From the NCBI GenBank assembly GCA_038146865.1, contig JAYQSL010000006.1:45458-109457 (forward strand): DNA of 64,000 nucleotides, written 5' to 3'. Under the pieces are notes generated by a model. It was given only the letters and a program-made list of their open reading frames with translations. It was not told where the DNA came from and did no database searches. Every line of letters begins with the position of its first letter. Position 1 is the first letter of the stretch. This document shows positions 45,338 to 56,647 of this stretch, piece by piece. Made by a program: the position numbers and the translations under genes. This stretch comes from Rhodospirillaceae bacterium (GTDB lineage: Bacteria; Pseudomonadota; Alphaproteobacteria; MPNO01; UBA2964).

Positions 45338-46684
45338 ATGAGCGAGATAGAAAAACAAAAACTCAGCGAGCAAATAAGTGATCAAACGTCCGGCTTGGAA
45401 TTTATGCCGGGGTTTAATAATCATTTTTCCACTGAGGCCATTGAAGGCGGGCTGCCGATAGGCCAAAACTCGCCCCAAAGGCACCCGATGGGCCTTTATA
45501 CAGAGCAAATAAGCGGATCAGCTTTTACGGCTCCAAATGCTCTGAACCGACGCAGTTGGCTATATCGGATCCGGCCGTCCGTCCTTCATATTTCTAGATT
45601 GAGCCCTATCGAACCAAATCTAATCAGAACCGCGCCCACCTCGGATGAGAGCTTGCTTCCTGCAGGAGCTCTTCGATGGAACCCCTTGGAGATCCCCCAA
45701 GAACCCACCGACCTCATTGAAGGCCTTACAACCATGGCAACAAGTGGGAATTGCCGCCTTCAAAAGGGTCTAGCCGCACACGTTTATCGCGTTAATAAGT
45801 CAATGGACAATCGGTACTTATGCAATGCCGATGGGGAAATGCTCTTTGTCCCAGAACAAGGTGCAATGATCTTCGTAACAGAGTACGGAATGCTTGACGC
45901 GGCCCCGGGAGAAATCGTTCTAATTCCCCGAGGGGTCAAATTTCGCGCAGATCCGATTAGTGAAACCGCTCGAGGCTATGTTTGTGAAAACTACGGACAG
46001 AGCCTAAGCCTCCCAGAGCGAGGACCAATTGGCGCAAACATGCTTGCCAATGAGCGTGATTTTTTATACCCGGTTGCCGCCTACGAAGATATTGAAAGAC
46101 CTTGCCAACTCATTTTTAAATCACAAGGAAGGCTCTACTTGTCAGAAATACCGCATTCACCCCTCGATGTGGTTGCATGGCATGGTAATCATGCTCCTTT
46201 TAAATATGACCTATCAAGATTTGCAGCTGTAAACACGGTTACTTTTGACCACGCTGATCCGTCTATTTTCACGGTGCTAACTTCCCCGTCGGAAACACCT
46301 GGAACAGCAAATATGGATTTTGTAATTTTTCCTGCTCGTTGGTCCGTCGCCGAGAATACCTTTCGCCCGCCTTGGTATCACATGAATGTAATGAGTGAGT
46401 TTATGGGGCTCATAAAAGGTGTATATGACGCAAAACCTGGGGGCTTCAAACCTGGGGGAGCAAGCCTCCATAATTCTATGATCCCACATGGTCCAGATGC
46501 TGATGCGTATTTAGAAGCTACAAAGAGAGAGCTAAAACCAGAACGATTAATCAACACCTTGGCCATTATGTTTGAAGGCCGATACCCAATGTCACCAACT
46601 GCTTTCGCAAGTAACCCACAGCTAATCGATGGGAAATATGGCGATTGCTGGTCAAATTTGCCAAGAAATTTTCCACGAAATTGA
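45338..46684 (+). CDS. hmgA: Homogentisate 1,2-dioxygenase
   Basis: GQNSPQ, WLYRIRPS, FDHADPSIFTVLT, RPPWYH.N.MSE and PHGPD (Fe ligands). Confidence 0.96.
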   Translation: MSEIEKQKLSEQISDQTSGLEFMPGFNNHFSTEAIEGGLPIGQNSPQRHPMGLYTEQISGSAFTAPNALNRRSWLYRIRPSVLHISRLSPIEPNLIRTAPTSDESLLPAGALRWNPLEIPQEPTDLIEGLTTMATSGNCRLQKGLAAHVYRVNKSMDNRYLCNADGEMLFVPEQGAMIFVTEYGMLDAAPGEIVLIPRGVKFRADPISETARGYVCENYGQSLSLPERGPIGANMLANERDFLYPVAAYEDIERPCQLIFKSQGRLYLSEIPHSPLDVVAWHGNHAPFKYDLSRFAAVNTVTFDHADPSIFTVLTSPSETPGTANMDFVIFPARWSVAENTFRPPWYHMNVMSEFMGLIKGVYDAKPGGFKPGGASLHNSMIPHGPDADAYLEATKRELKPERLINTLAIMFEGRYPMSPTAFASNPQLIDGKYGDCWSNLPRNFPRN

Positions 46685-48639
46685 TGAGTGAAAATCCAGT
46701 CTGGGAACCATCAGGAGCACGTATTGCTCAGACACGGCTCTCCGAGTTTATAAAGTTAGTCGACCAGACCTGGGGAATTAGGTGTAAAAACTATCAGGAC
46801 TTGCATCAATGGTCGATCAAAGAACCAGAAAAGTTTTGGAAAACACTCTGGAATTTTGGGGGTGTGATTTCTGAAACGGCAGGAAACATTGTAATACGTG
46901 ACGCCCAAAAACTCCCAGGAGCGGTTTTTTTTCCTGATGCAAAACTAAATTTCGCGGAAAATCTTTTGAGACGTCGCGACAATGAACCAGCGATCATCTT
47001 TAGTTCTGAAAATGGTGTAAAGAGAAATCTCAGCCACAGAGAGCTATACGAGCTGGTATCCCGACTGAGACAAGCAATGATCAAAACAGGAGTCAAAGCG
47101 GGAGATAGGGTTGCAGCTGTGCTACCCAACATACCAGAGTCCGTGGCCTGCATGCTGGCGGCAGCCAGCTTGGGGGCAATCTGGTCAAGCTGTTCACCAG
47201 ACTTCGGAATTAAAGGGATCTTAGATCGTTTTAGCCAAATTAAGCCAAAGTTACTGTTCGGAGTTGATAGGTACTTCTACGATGGCAAGCAATTTGATTG
47301 CCATCAGAAAATTTATGAGATCTCATCAGAATTAGCCTCAGTCGAAAAGACAATCATTATCCCATTCAATCCCGAAGACGCTACTGATCATAGGACAAAT
47401 TTGGCTGACTACCTAAAACCGTTCGAACCCGAACCGATCATTTTTGAGAGTTTCCCATTTAATCACCCCCTTTACATACTCTTTTCAAGTGGAACGACAG
47501 GGACACCAAAGTGCATCATCCATGGCGCGGGGGGAACTCTTATTCAGCATATCAAAGAGCACGCATTGCAAACCGATACTCGACCTGGTGACCGGATATT
47601 CTACTTTACAACACTTGGTTGGATGATGTGGAATTGGCTTGTTTCCGCATTGGCAATGGAGGCAACACTGGTGCTTTATGACGGCGCCCCATTTCATCCC
47701 GATGGGAATGCACTTTTTAATTATGCAGATAAAGCTAAGGTTACGCATTTTGGAACCTCCGCTAAATTCATTGATGCGTTGAAAAAAACGGGCTTGTCAC
47801 CAAAAAGCACACACGATCTTTCTAGTGTGCGAACGATACTCTCTACGGGCTCTCCTTTACTCCCGGAGAGCTTCGACTACATCTATAGCCAAATTAAAAG
47901 TGACGTTTGTGTATCCTCTATTTCGGGTGGAACAGATATTGTGGGTTGTTTTGCCGCTGGAAATCCTAATGGACCGGTGTTTCGAGGAGAACTCCAAGCA
48001 AAATGCCTTGGCATGGACGTCGCTATTTTTTCGCCTGAGGGGAAACCGGTCGTAGGACAAAAAGGTGAACTGGTCTGCAGAAATAGTTTTCCTTCTATGC
48101 CTCTCGGTTTTTGGAATGATCAAACAGGGAACCGCTTTAAATCTGCCTACTTTGAGCGGTTTCAGGGGGTTTGGCATCATGGTGACTGGGCAGAACTCAC
48201 AGAGCGAGGAGGCCTCGTTATATATGGAAGGTCGGACGCTACTCTTAATCCTGGAGGTGTCCGCATCGGAACCGCAGAAATATATCGTCAGGTCGAGCAA
48301 CTCTCTGAGGTCGAAGAAGCCATCGCGGTGGGACAGGAAACACCAGACGGTGACGTCAGGATTGTTCTATTTGTAAGGCTAATAAATAATATAATTCTGG
48401 ATCAAGACCTTCAAGAAAAGATCCGCTATTGCATAAGGGAGGGCGCTTCCCCACGGCATACCCCGTCGGTTATATTAGAGGTTGCTGACATACCTCGTAC
48501 CAAATCCGGTAAAATTACCGAATTGGCTGTTCGAGACGTGATACATGGAAGAGTGGTGGAAAACGTCGAGGCTCTCGCGAATCCCGAAGCTCTGAGCCAA
48601 TTTCGTGGTCGGAAGGAATTGTCATTTACAAAAAAATAA
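46684..48639 (+). CDS. Acetoacetate--CoA ligase
   Basis: LNFAENLL, SSCSPDFG, SSGTTGTPK, GWMMWNW, SGGTD and GRSDATLNPGGVRIG motifs; TGATG coupling to hmgA. Confidence 0.93.
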   Translation: MSENPVWEPSGARIAQTRLSEFIKLVDQTWGIRCKNYQDLHQWSIKEPEKFWKTLWNFGGVISETAGNIVIRDAQKLPGAVFFPDAKLNFAENLLRRRDNEPAIIFSSENGVKRNLSHRELYELVSRLRQAMIKTGVKAGDRVAAVLPNIPESVACMLAAASLGAIWSSCSPDFGIKGILDRFSQIKPKLLFGVDRYFYDGKQFDCHQKIYEISSELASVEKTIIIPFNPEDATDHRTNLADYLKPFEPEPIIFESFPFNHPLYILFSSGTTGTPKCIIHGAGGTLIQHIKEHALQTDTRPGDRIFYFTTLGWMMWNWLVSALAMEATLVLYDGAPFHPDGNALFNYADKAKVTHFGTSAKFIDALKKTGLSPKSTHDLSSVRTILSTGSPLLPESFDYIYSQIKSDVCVSSISGGTDIVGCFAAGNPNGPVFRGELQAKCLGMDVAIFSPEGKPVVGQKGELVCRNSFPSMPLGFWNDQTGNRFKSAYFERFQGVWHHGDWAELTERGGLVIYGRSDATLNPGGVRIGTAEIYRQVEQLSEVEEAIAVGQETPDGDVRIVLFVRLINNIILDQDLQEKIRYCIREGASPRHTPSVILEVADIPRTKSGKITELAVRDVIHGRVVENVEALANPEALSQFRGRKELSFTKK

Positions 48640-48696
48640 AAAATGTTAAGCAGGGTTTTTGCAATAAGTCCTGAAAAATTTTCCATGTTGAGTCAA

Positions 48697-49446
48697 ATGC
48701 AGAAGCTATTTTTCATTGTCTTTTTGATTCTCGGTTCTGCCATTCAAGCGGTTCAAGCGCAGGGTCTGACAACCGAGCAAAAAAAATCCGTTGAAACGAT
48801 AATTTATGACTATTTATTGAAAAACCCACTTGTCATCCGTCAAGCGCTAGACTCGCTCCAAGTTCAAGAAGAAAATCAAAAAAAATTACAGCAAGCTGCC
48901 GCAATACAAAACCTTAGAGCGGAGCTACTGAGTAACCCGGCAAGCCCTATCACAGGGAATCCGAAAGGTGATATTACGATTGTCGAGTTTTTCGACTATA
49001 ACTGCGGTTACTGCAAAAAAGTTCTTAAGACTGTAAAAGACCTGATAATTTTAGACGGGGGAGTACGGCTTGTTTTCAAAGAATTCCCGATCTTAGGCCC
49101 AAGCTCAGAAATCGCAGCTAAGTCTGCTCTTGCGGCCAAGAAGCAGGGGAAATACGTAGAGTTTCACAATGAATTGATGCGAGCAGGACCGATCAATGAC
49201 GAGAGAATAAAGGCAACAGCCACAAAGCTTGGACTAGACCTAGAAAGGCTGAACAAAGACGCCCAAGATCCAAAAATTCAACAAGAAATAATGAGAAATT
49301 ATCAGCTTGCTGAAGAACTCGGGATTAATGGAACTCCTGCTTTTATCATCGGAGGCGAGCTGATTCCAGGAGCCATCGAATTGGATCAATTTAAAAAAAT
49401 CATCGCATCAGAACGCCTTAAGGCCGAAAATATTAAGCGGCAATAA
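48697..49446 (+). CDS. DsbA-family (Com1-like) thiol-disulfide oxidoreductase
   Basis: Signal peptide, EFFDYNCGYC, KEFPILG and GINGTP motifs. Confidence 0.9.
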   Translation: MQKLFFIVFLILGSAIQAVQAQGLTTEQKKSVETIIYDYLLKNPLVIRQALDSLQVQEENQKKLQQAAAIQNLRAELLSNPASPITGNPKGDITIVEFFDYNCGYCKKVLKTVKDLIILDGGVRLVFKEFPILGPSSEIAAKSALAAKKQGKYVEFHNELMRAGPINDERIKATATKLGLDLERLNKDAQDPKIQQEIMRNYQLAEELGINGTPAFIIGGELIPGAIELDQFKKIIASERLKAENIKRQ

Positions 49447-49564
49447 ATATCTACCAAATCGTCACCATTAAATCATTTATGGCTTCTTCAAGCCTATACC
49501 AATTCGGTAATAGAGATTTAAATTAGGTACCAAGATTTATCTAAAGCTGCAGGGAGATAGCGAC

Positions 49565-50593
49565 GTGAGGGGAATTACATTTTTAGGTGATAGAAGAGTT
49601 GAATTGCGAGAATTCCCTGACCCCACACCGGGACCGAAAGATGTTATCATAGAAATCAAAGCATCGGGGATGTGCGGTACTGACCTTCACGCGTATCGCC
49701 GACCTCATAATGGACAATACTACTCCATTGCAGGACATGAACCCTGCGGAATAATCGCAGAGATCGGCGCTCACGTTTCTGATGAACAAGTCCGTGTCGG
49801 CGATAGGGTGATGGTACATCACTATGATGGGTGCGGAAAATGCCGACATTGTATTGAGGGATGGTCACAACTATGCGATCAGGATCCAGAAGTGTATGGA
49901 TCGGGCGAAGGGCATGGTGGCCATGCCCCTTACATGCGGGCGGCGGCACATACGCTAGTGCCATTACCAGATGACCTGACCTTTATGACTGGAGCTGCTA
50001 TTTCTTGTGGAACGGGAACAGCCTATGGTGCATTGAAACGCCTAAACGTTGCGGGTGATGAAACCATTGCAGTCTTCGGGATGGGACCGGTTGGGCTTTC
50101 AGCCGCCCAATTCGGCGCAGAGATGGGCGCAAGAGTCATCGCCATTGAAACATCAAAAGAAAGACGCGACCTAGCGCTTAAAAAAGGCGCAAGCGACGTA
50201 ATTGACCCCAAAGCCATTGATCCAGTTGAAGCAATTAAAGATTTAACGCACGGCGAAGGCGCGCACAAATCTATAGAAACTGCCGGAACTCAGGAAACTC
50301 GGGACGCTTCCGTGCGCGCTGTTAGGAAGTGGGGTTTTGCTTGTTTTATAGCAAGCGGGGGCGAAGTGACCTTGAATGTCGGACAGGATTTAGTAAAGCG
50401 GCAGGTCTCCGTCTTAGGACATTGGACTTTCTCCAAAACCGGACAAGCTGACTGTGCGCGATTTGTATCAGATCGAAAAATAGATATTGATAGTCTTTTC
50501 ACCGAAAAATGGTCGCTTGATCAATCTGTGGAGGCCTACGAACTATTGGACCAACAAAAAACTGGAAAAGGTGTCTTTCTACCCAAAATTTGA
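49565..50593 (+). CDS. Zinc-binding MDR-family dehydrogenase
   Basis: CGTDLH, GHE, C..C..C.......C structural Zn site and GMGPVG; GGGAGA RBS with GTG start. Confidence 0.9.
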   Translation: MRGITFLGDRRVELREFPDPTPGPKDVIIEIKASGMCGTDLHAYRRPHNGQYYSIAGHEPCGIIAEIGAHVSDEQVRVGDRVMVHHYDGCGKCRHCIEGWSQLCDQDPEVYGSGEGHGGHAPYMRAAAHTLVPLPDDLTFMTGAAISCGTGTAYGALKRLNVAGDETIAVFGMGPVGLSAAQFGAEMGARVIAIETSKERRDLALKKGASDVIDPKAIDPVEAIKDLTHGEGAHKSIETAGTQETRDASVRAVRKWGFACFIASGGEVTLNVGQDLVKRQVSVLGHWTFSKTGQADCARFVSDRKIDIDSLFTEKWSLDQSVEAYELLDQQKTGKGVFLPKI

Positions 50594-50615
50594 GTGATTG
50601 ACTAAAGGCAACTAT

Positions 50616-51788
50616 ATGAAGGTACTAACTTTTCATTCGGTAAATATTGTAAAGAAAATAGCTCACTACCTAGTCTTAGCCTGTATTTACGTTTTATCTT
50701 CAAGTTTTTCAGTCTCCGCCGACGACGTGAAGACAGTCGACACATCTATCGGACACCTGCAAGTTGAAAAAATGGCCGCCCCGTTTGACCATCCTTGGTC
50801 AATAGCGTTTTTGCCAAATGCAAGGGGATATCTGGTCACCGAACGTATTGGAAAAATGAGACTGGTACGGAATGGGGTCGTATCTCCTCCAATTAAAGGA
50901 CTACCCAAAATAAAGACTGGGGGTCAGGGCGGCTTGCTCGACCTGGCGATTGACCCGGATTTCCATGAAAACAGCCTGATCTATTTTACTTTTTCTGAAC
51001 CGGTCTCGGATTACAAAAGTCGTACATCTCTGGCAAAAGCGAGGTTGTCGTTTCAAGAAAGCCCTCCCCTTTTAAAAAACGTGTCGGTAATCTTTCGGCA
51101 ATACCCGCCCCTAGTATCGGATATCCATTTTGGCTCCCGGATCTCTATTTCAAATAACAAAAAAATCTTTGTTACCCTAGGGGATCGAGGTGAACCTGGA
51201 TTAGTTCAAAACCTATCAAATCACCTCGGCAAAATAATACGGGTTAATAGAGATGGTTCGTCCCCTGATGATAATCCATTTAAAGGTCGTTCAGGAGCCC
51301 TTCCTGAAATATGGTCATATGGTCACAGAAACCCTCAAGGCGCGGCTAAAAGAAAGCTGGATAATAGCTTATTCACGGTATCGCATGGCGCTGCAGGGGG
51401 AGACGAAGTCAACCTATCAATACCTGGAAAAAATTTTGGATGGCCAGAGGTCTCCTATGGCACGCATTACTCTGGTCAAGCTTTCCAAACCTCCGTTCGC
51501 CCGGATGTCATACCACCGCTACATTTTTGGGATCCTTCAATCGCTCCTTCTGGGGCAACCATTTATGACGGTGCTCTTTTCCCCGAGTGGAATGGCAATT
51601 TATTCATTGGCGCCCTGAAAGGAAAAAGGTTGGTTCGTCTCACACTCAAAGGCAATGTGGTCGAAGAAAAAGAGCAATTACTGGTTAACCAATTGGGTCG
51701 CATTCGAGATGTAAGAACCGGTCCAGACGGAGCTATTTGGTTCACCATCGATGATGAAAATGGCGCCGTATATCGGATCCATAAGTGA
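50616..51788 (+). CDS. PQQ-dependent sugar dehydrogenase (YliI/Asd-like)
   Basis: HPWSIAFLP, GQGGLLD, HFGSRI, SYGHRNPQG, SIAPSG and RIRDV motifs. Confidence 0.9.
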   Translation: MKVLTFHSVNIVKKIAHYLVLACIYVLSSSFSVSADDVKTVDTSIGHLQVEKMAAPFDHPWSIAFLPNARGYLVTERIGKMRLVRNGVVSPPIKGLPKIKTGGQGGLLDLAIDPDFHENSLIYFTFSEPVSDYKSRTSLAKARLSFQESPPLLKNVSVIFRQYPPLVSDIHFGSRISISNNKKIFVTLGDRGEPGLVQNLSNHLGKIIRVNRDGSSPDDNPFKGRSGALPEIWSYGHRNPQGAAKRKLDNSLFTVSHGAAGGDEVNLSIPGKNFGWPEVSYGTHYSGQAFQTSVRPDVIPPLHFWDPSIAPSGATIYDGALFPEWNGNLFIGALKGKRLVRLTLKGNVVEEKEQLLVNQLGRIRDVRTGPDGAIWFTIDDENGAVYRIHK

Positions 51789-51796
51789 GTGTTAAA

Positions 51797-51873
51797 TGGT
51801 GGGCCCGGAGGGACTTGAACCCCCAACCAGACCGTTATGAGCGGCCTGCTCTAACCAGTTGAGCTACGGGCCC
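51797..51873 (-). tRNA. tRNA with CAT anticodon, most likely tRNA-Ile2 (lysidine)
   Basis: GGGCCCGTAGCTCAACTGGTTAGAGCAGGCCGCTCATAACGGTCTGGTTGGGGGTTCAAGTCCCTCCGGGCCCACCA: full cloverleaf, G1-C72 pair, encoded CCA, downstream of rpoD like ileX. Confidence 0.93.
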
Positions 51874-52082
51874 ACCGTGGGGATCTTTTACAGCGCTACA
51901 ACGGAATAATCTACTACTCTTAGTCGGATTTATAGTATTCTCTTAAAACCATTAACAGGTCTAGATCTGGAACGACATCTTTTCACTGCCAAGAAAAGCC
52001 GAGATACTTCCAAAAACCAAGTTTCTTGGGAGCTCTCAGAAAGCTGGGAAAAATAATCCCAAGGATGGCTCTAACAAACTAA

Positions 52083-54044
52083 CTAAGTGTCGAGAAAGCT
52101 CTTGAGCAAGCGGCTTCTGCTTGGATGTTTTAGTTTGCGGAGAGCTTTTGCTTCAATCTGACGTATACGCTCTCTAGTTACAGAGAACTGTTGCCCTACT
52201 TCCTCCAGTGTATGGTCCGTATTCATACCTATCCCAAACCTCATACGAAGCACACGTTCCTCTCGGGGTGTCAGACTTGCGAGAACACGAGTGGTTGTTT
52301 CTCTCAAGTTCCCTTGAATAGCAGCATCCAAAGGTTGGATAGCATTCTTATCCTCTATAAAATCACCCAGGTGAGAGTCTTCTTCATCGCCAATTGGTGT
52401 CTCTAAACTAATAGGCTCTTTGGCAATCTTAAGAACCTTACGCACCTTTTCTAGGGGCATACCGAGACGTTTCGCCAACTCTTCTGGCGTAGGTTCTCTG
52501 CCAATTTCATGAAGTATCTGCCGCGATGTCCGGACCAATTTATTAATCGTCTCAATCATATGCACCGGTATACGGATGGTTCTCGCCTGGTCCGCAATAG
52601 ACCGGGTAATTGCCTGACGGATCCACCAAGTCGCATAAGTAGAAAATTTATAGCCGCGCCGATATTCAAATTTATCGACTGCTTTCATTAAGCCAATATT
52701 CCCCTCTTGAATTAAATCAAGGAACTGCAAACCTCTATTTGTGTATTTCTTGGCTATAGAAATCACGAGCCTCAGATTTGCTTCAACCATTTCTTTTTTG
52801 GCGCGAGCTGCCTCGCGCTCACCACGTTGTATCTTTTGAACGATATCTCGAAATGCTTGCGGTGGAAGTCCGACATCATTGGAGATTTCACCAATTTCGC
52901 TTCGAATCTCTTTAATTTTGTCACGGTTCTTTTGGACAAAGGGCTTCCACCCTCGATCCTGCAAACGCCCCACACGCTGCAACCACTTAGAATCAAGCTC
53001 AGAACCGAGGTACCTCTCCATGAAGCTTTCTCGTTTTACCTTGGCTTTGGTAGCCATTCGTAATAATTGGCTTTCCAAATTTACCAGCCGTTTGCTGTTT
53101 TTATAGTGCTCTTCCACTAATACTTCTATCGAGGCGTTATTCAGTTTTACCGGTTGCAGCAAAGCTATAAGCTCTTCCTCAATTTTAACGAGCCTTTTTT
53201 CCGAGGCAGCCTTGAACTCTGGGCCTCCGCGGAACGCGGCCAGCTTTTTTTCACGCATGTTACTGGCTCGGCGCTGCAATTTGGCAGCCTGGTCGAACAC
53301 ATCCATTACCTGGGGTTTCAGTGTTTCCTCTAAGACCGAGAGAGAGAGATTGACCTCACCGTCATCGCCGTCTTCTTCTTCATCCTCATCATCCCCAGCG
53401 TCATCATTTGACCCGTCTTCGTCCTCGAGTTTTTCGGGATCTTCTTCTACAACCTGCAATCCGTCTTCAGTGGAACCGCCATAGGTTGCATCCAGATCAA
53501 TAATATCGCGCAACAGGACCAATTCATCCTTAAGAGCATCTCGCCAGCGGACGATAGCCCACTGTGTGAGCGGGCTCTCATACAATCCACTAATCATGCT
53601 ATCTCGACCCGCTTCAATGCGCTTAGCAATCTCGATTTCTCCTTCTCGAGAGAGCAACTCAACTGTCCCCATCTCACGAAGATACATTCTCACAGGATCG
53701 TCAGTACGGCCCAAATCCTCATCAGAGTTTGCGTTGGTCTTTGAGTTGGAAGATCCGCTCTTGGCCTTTCCATCTTCCTCCGAGTTTTCTTCTGAATCTT
53801 CATCTTCTACAACATTAATCCCGAGCTCTGAAAGCTGAGACATAATATCCTCGATCTGTTCCGACGACATCTCGTCTGACGGCATAGCCATGTTTAGCTC
53901 ATCATAGGTAATGAATCCGCGTTCTTTACCCGCTTTGAGAAGCTTTTTAACCCCCGCATTGGTAGACTCAATCAGCGGGGCATCCTGCCCTTCAGCTTGG
54001 ATTTGTTTTGTTTCCGCTTTTTTTACTGCTAATTTCGTCGCCAT
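52083..54044 (-). CDS. rpoD: RNA polymerase sigma-70 factor RpoD
   Basis: [30 protein letters not shown] and TRERIRQIE motifs. Confidence 0.98.
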   Translation of the reverse strand: MATKLAVKKAETKQIQAEGQDAPLIESTNAGVKKLLKAGKERGFITYDELNMAMPSDEMSSEQIEDIMSQLSELGINVVEDEDSEENSEEDGKAKSGSSNSKTNANSDEDLGRTDDPVRMYLREMGTVELLSREGEIEIAKRIEAGRDSMISGLYESPLTQWAIVRWRDALKDELVLLRDIIDLDATYGGSTEDGLQVVEEDPEKLEDEDGSNDDAGDDEDEEEDGDDGEVNLSLSVLEETLKPQVMDVFDQAAKLQRRASNMREKKLAAFRGGPEFKAASEKRLVKIEEELIALLQPVKLNNASIEVLVEEHYKNSKRLVNLESQLLRMATKAKVKRESFMERYLGSELDSKWLQRVGRLQDRGWKPFVQKNRDKIKEIRSEIGEISNDVGLPPQAFRDIVQKIQRGEREAARAKKEMVEANLRLVISIAKKYTNRGLQFLDLIQEGNIGLMKAVDKFEYRRGYKFSTYATWWIRQAITRSIADQARTIRIPVHMIETINKLVRTSRQILHEIGREPTPEELAKRLGMPLEKVRKVLKIAKEPISLETPIGDEEDSHLGDFIEDKNAIQPLDAAIQGNLRETTTRVLASLTPREERVLRMRFGIGMNTDHTLEEVGQQFSVTRERIRQIEAKALRKLKHPSRSRLLKSFLDT

Positions 54045-54137
54045 AAGTGCTCCAGACCTCTGTTTGACTAGTTCGCCCCTGTAACCCTCAATTAACCCAC
54101 AGGCTGATCAAGAGTTCTGATTTGACCATCAAAAGTA

Positions 54138-55929
54138 TTATAAATTCTCCCTGTAACGCTCAAGAGCAACCCTCTTGAACTCTTGCAAGGACCTAAGATT
54201 TTCATCTGTAGGATCCTTGATATAACGCTGATGCGCTTCTTCCAACTGCGCCCCCCTAATCAACTCTAAAACTAGACCTTTGACTTTTTCCTGACCCAGA
54301 GGTTCCAACGATGCTGCCTTATCATTCAATGGCGAACTATGGATGAGTGAAAAACACGCTCTAATTTTCTCCAGCTGATTAGAAAATTTCACCCCCGGAT
54401 AAATGGGATAGTAGAGCGTCTGTGTCAAGGCCTGGAGAGGCTGCATATAAACGCAACATTGTCCGACGTATTTCGTCGAGCTTTTTATCCTGAAATTCTA
54501 ATGTACCGACCTCCTCGGCATACTGATCAAGCAACTCAGGAGATTGGATTAAAACTGCTAAAAGCATCGCTTCGCGGCGTTTGGCTGGGCTCTCAGGGCT
54601 CATCCTAGGTGCAGTTTGGTGCCGATTGCGATTATACGAGTTTTGACCAAAATTTTTTTCGGGCGAAGAGCGACCCATTTGCCTGATCATTGAGCGAAAA
54701 GTCTGTATATACTGGTAACGCACCTTAGCGTCGTCTACAGCGTTGGCATGTCTCTCGAGCTCATACTCCAAACCCGCGAGACGCTCAGGGGTGTCGAAAC
54801 TTTTGCCATCAGTTTCCAGGTTCCAAATCAACCGTGACAACGGCACGGAGTTCTGCAAAACGGCCTCCATCGCCTCAGGGCCGGCTGATCTAATCATCGT
54901 GTCTGGGTCTTCACCAACGGGCAAATACACGAAACTAAGAGATTTGCCTGGTTTCAACAACGGCAAGGCTCTCTCTGCAGCACGCTTCGCTGCCCTTAAT
55001 CCAGCATTATCACCGTCAAAACACAACACCGGCTCGGGTGACAACCTCCACAAAAGCGACAATTGATTTTCAGTGAGAGCTGTGCCCATCGGGGCAACCG
55101 CGCTGATCCCCGCGGTTACCATTGCAATCACATCCATATAGCCCTCCACCACCACAACACGCCCGGATTTCATTGCGCTGGATCGCACAGTTGACAATCC
55201 GTAAAGCACATTTCCTTTGTTAAAAAGCGGTGTATCAGGAGAATTTAGATATTTGGGCTGAGCTTCGCCAAGAGCTCGCGCACCAAATGCTATGACACGA
55301 TTTCGATGATCGAAAATAGGAAAAGTCACTCTATTTCGAAAACGATCATAGGGCTCTCCCCCGTTTTCGGGCTTTATAAGGAGACCACATTCTATCAAGA
55401 CAGCTTCAGATATTTTGCTATCCGACAAAGCAGATTTTAGGGAATTTCTTGAGTCGGGTGCGAAGCCAACCCGAAACCGCTCAATTGCCTCCGACTTCAG
55501 ATCGCGAGACCTCAAGTACTCCCGCGCCCGAAGGTTCGCGCCATTTTGGAGCGATCGTTGAAAAAAACTGCAAGCCATCTCCATGGCCTGATACAAAACC
55601 GCTTTTTTTTTCTCTATCCGGACCTCCTGAGGGGAACTCTGAGGAAGCATCAAGCCCGCCTCTCCAGCAAGCCTCTCAACCGACTCGGGAAACGTTAAAT
55701 TCTCGAGACGCATCAAAAAACCAATAATGTCGCCGTGGGCTCCGCAACCAAAGCAATGGAAAAAACCTTTTACTTCATTTACTGTGAAAGAGGGGGTTTT
55801 CTCAGAATGGAACGGACACAATCCAGAGTATTCCTGTCCCTTCTTGGTTAACTTCACCTGTCTCGAGATAAAGTCTGACAATCCTATTCGTGACCTTATC
55901 TCATCGAGAAATGACGGTGGAAAGTTCAT
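54138..55929 (-). CDS. dnaG: DNA primase, with an apparent frameshift near 54394 separating the C-terminal about 80 aa
   Basis: CPFH..C..C Zn finger, KYLNSP, TOPRIM VEGYMD and DGD. The main ORF stops at 54379 and the continuation (..DPTDENL..) runs in another frame to 54138. Confidence 0.92.
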
Positions 55930-55993
55930 GCTGCCGCTATTTACCCCACACCCGTTTTTCTGCAAACCAATATAGAGCTAAATTAAATAGAAT

Positions 55994-56455
55994 TCATCCT
56001 ATCAGTACAGACTTAAGAATGGCGCTTGCTTTGCCAAAATCCATCCGACCAGAATAACGTTCTCGCAGCAACCCCATCGAGGTACCCATGTCCTTTAAGC
56101 TGTTAGCCTCAATTTCTTTGATCACTGCTGTTACAGCCGCCTCGATTTCTTGATCATCCATTTGCTCGGGCAGGAAAGATTGAATAATGGCTATTTCTTG
56201 GGCCTCTTGAGCTGCGAGCTCAGGTCTATTCCCTTGCTCATACATTTTGATGCTCTCCCGCCGCTGCTTTACCATTGTTTGCAGCACTTTAAGAACCTCA
56301 TCTTCGCCAATTCCCTCAAAGACCCCATCGGTGCGCGCTGCTATGTCACGATCTTTTATGGCAGCCAAAATTAACCGCAAGGTCGCTGTCTTAACGGTAT
56401 TTTTGGCACGCATCGCTTCTTTAAGCTCAGCACTCACATCATCCCGAAGCATCAT
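55994..56455 (-). CDS. GatB/YqeY domain protein
   Basis: LKEAMRAK, KQRRESI..Y..GNR.ELA, FLPEQ and KDMG motifs. Confidence 0.92.
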   Translation of the reverse strand: MMLRDDVSAELKEAMRAKNTVKTATLRLILAAIKDRDIAARTDGVFEGIGEDEVLKVLQTMVKQRRESIKMYEQGNRPELAAQEAQEIAIIQSFLPEQMDDQEIEAAVTAVIKEIEANSLKDMGTSMGLLRERYSGRMDFGKASAILKSVLIG

Positions 56456-56647
56456 GAACCCATAACTAATTACAGGGCGGGGAAAATAACCTAAAGAATT
56501 TTGAATAGCAAGATTTTATTATTCTTTAAGTCATTGTTTTATATATATTTTTTTACTTTTTTTTCAAAAAGTAGCATAAAAAGATACTCGAATCGGTAAA
56601 TAGGTGTAGACACTGGGAAGTTTACATTTTCTTTTTGTTGGTGGCTC

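Noticed and set aside
33600-51873. Genomic island integrated at the tRNA-Ile2 3' end
   Set aside because: No integrase or transposase, no duplicated tRNA 3' end noticed, and no obvious compositional shift.
51797-51873. tRNA-Met or fMet call from the CAT anticodon
   Set aside because: The G1-C72 pair and lack of a GGG/CCC anticodon stem exclude fMet. The sequence and position after rpoD fit Ile2 better, though elongator Met is not formally excluded.
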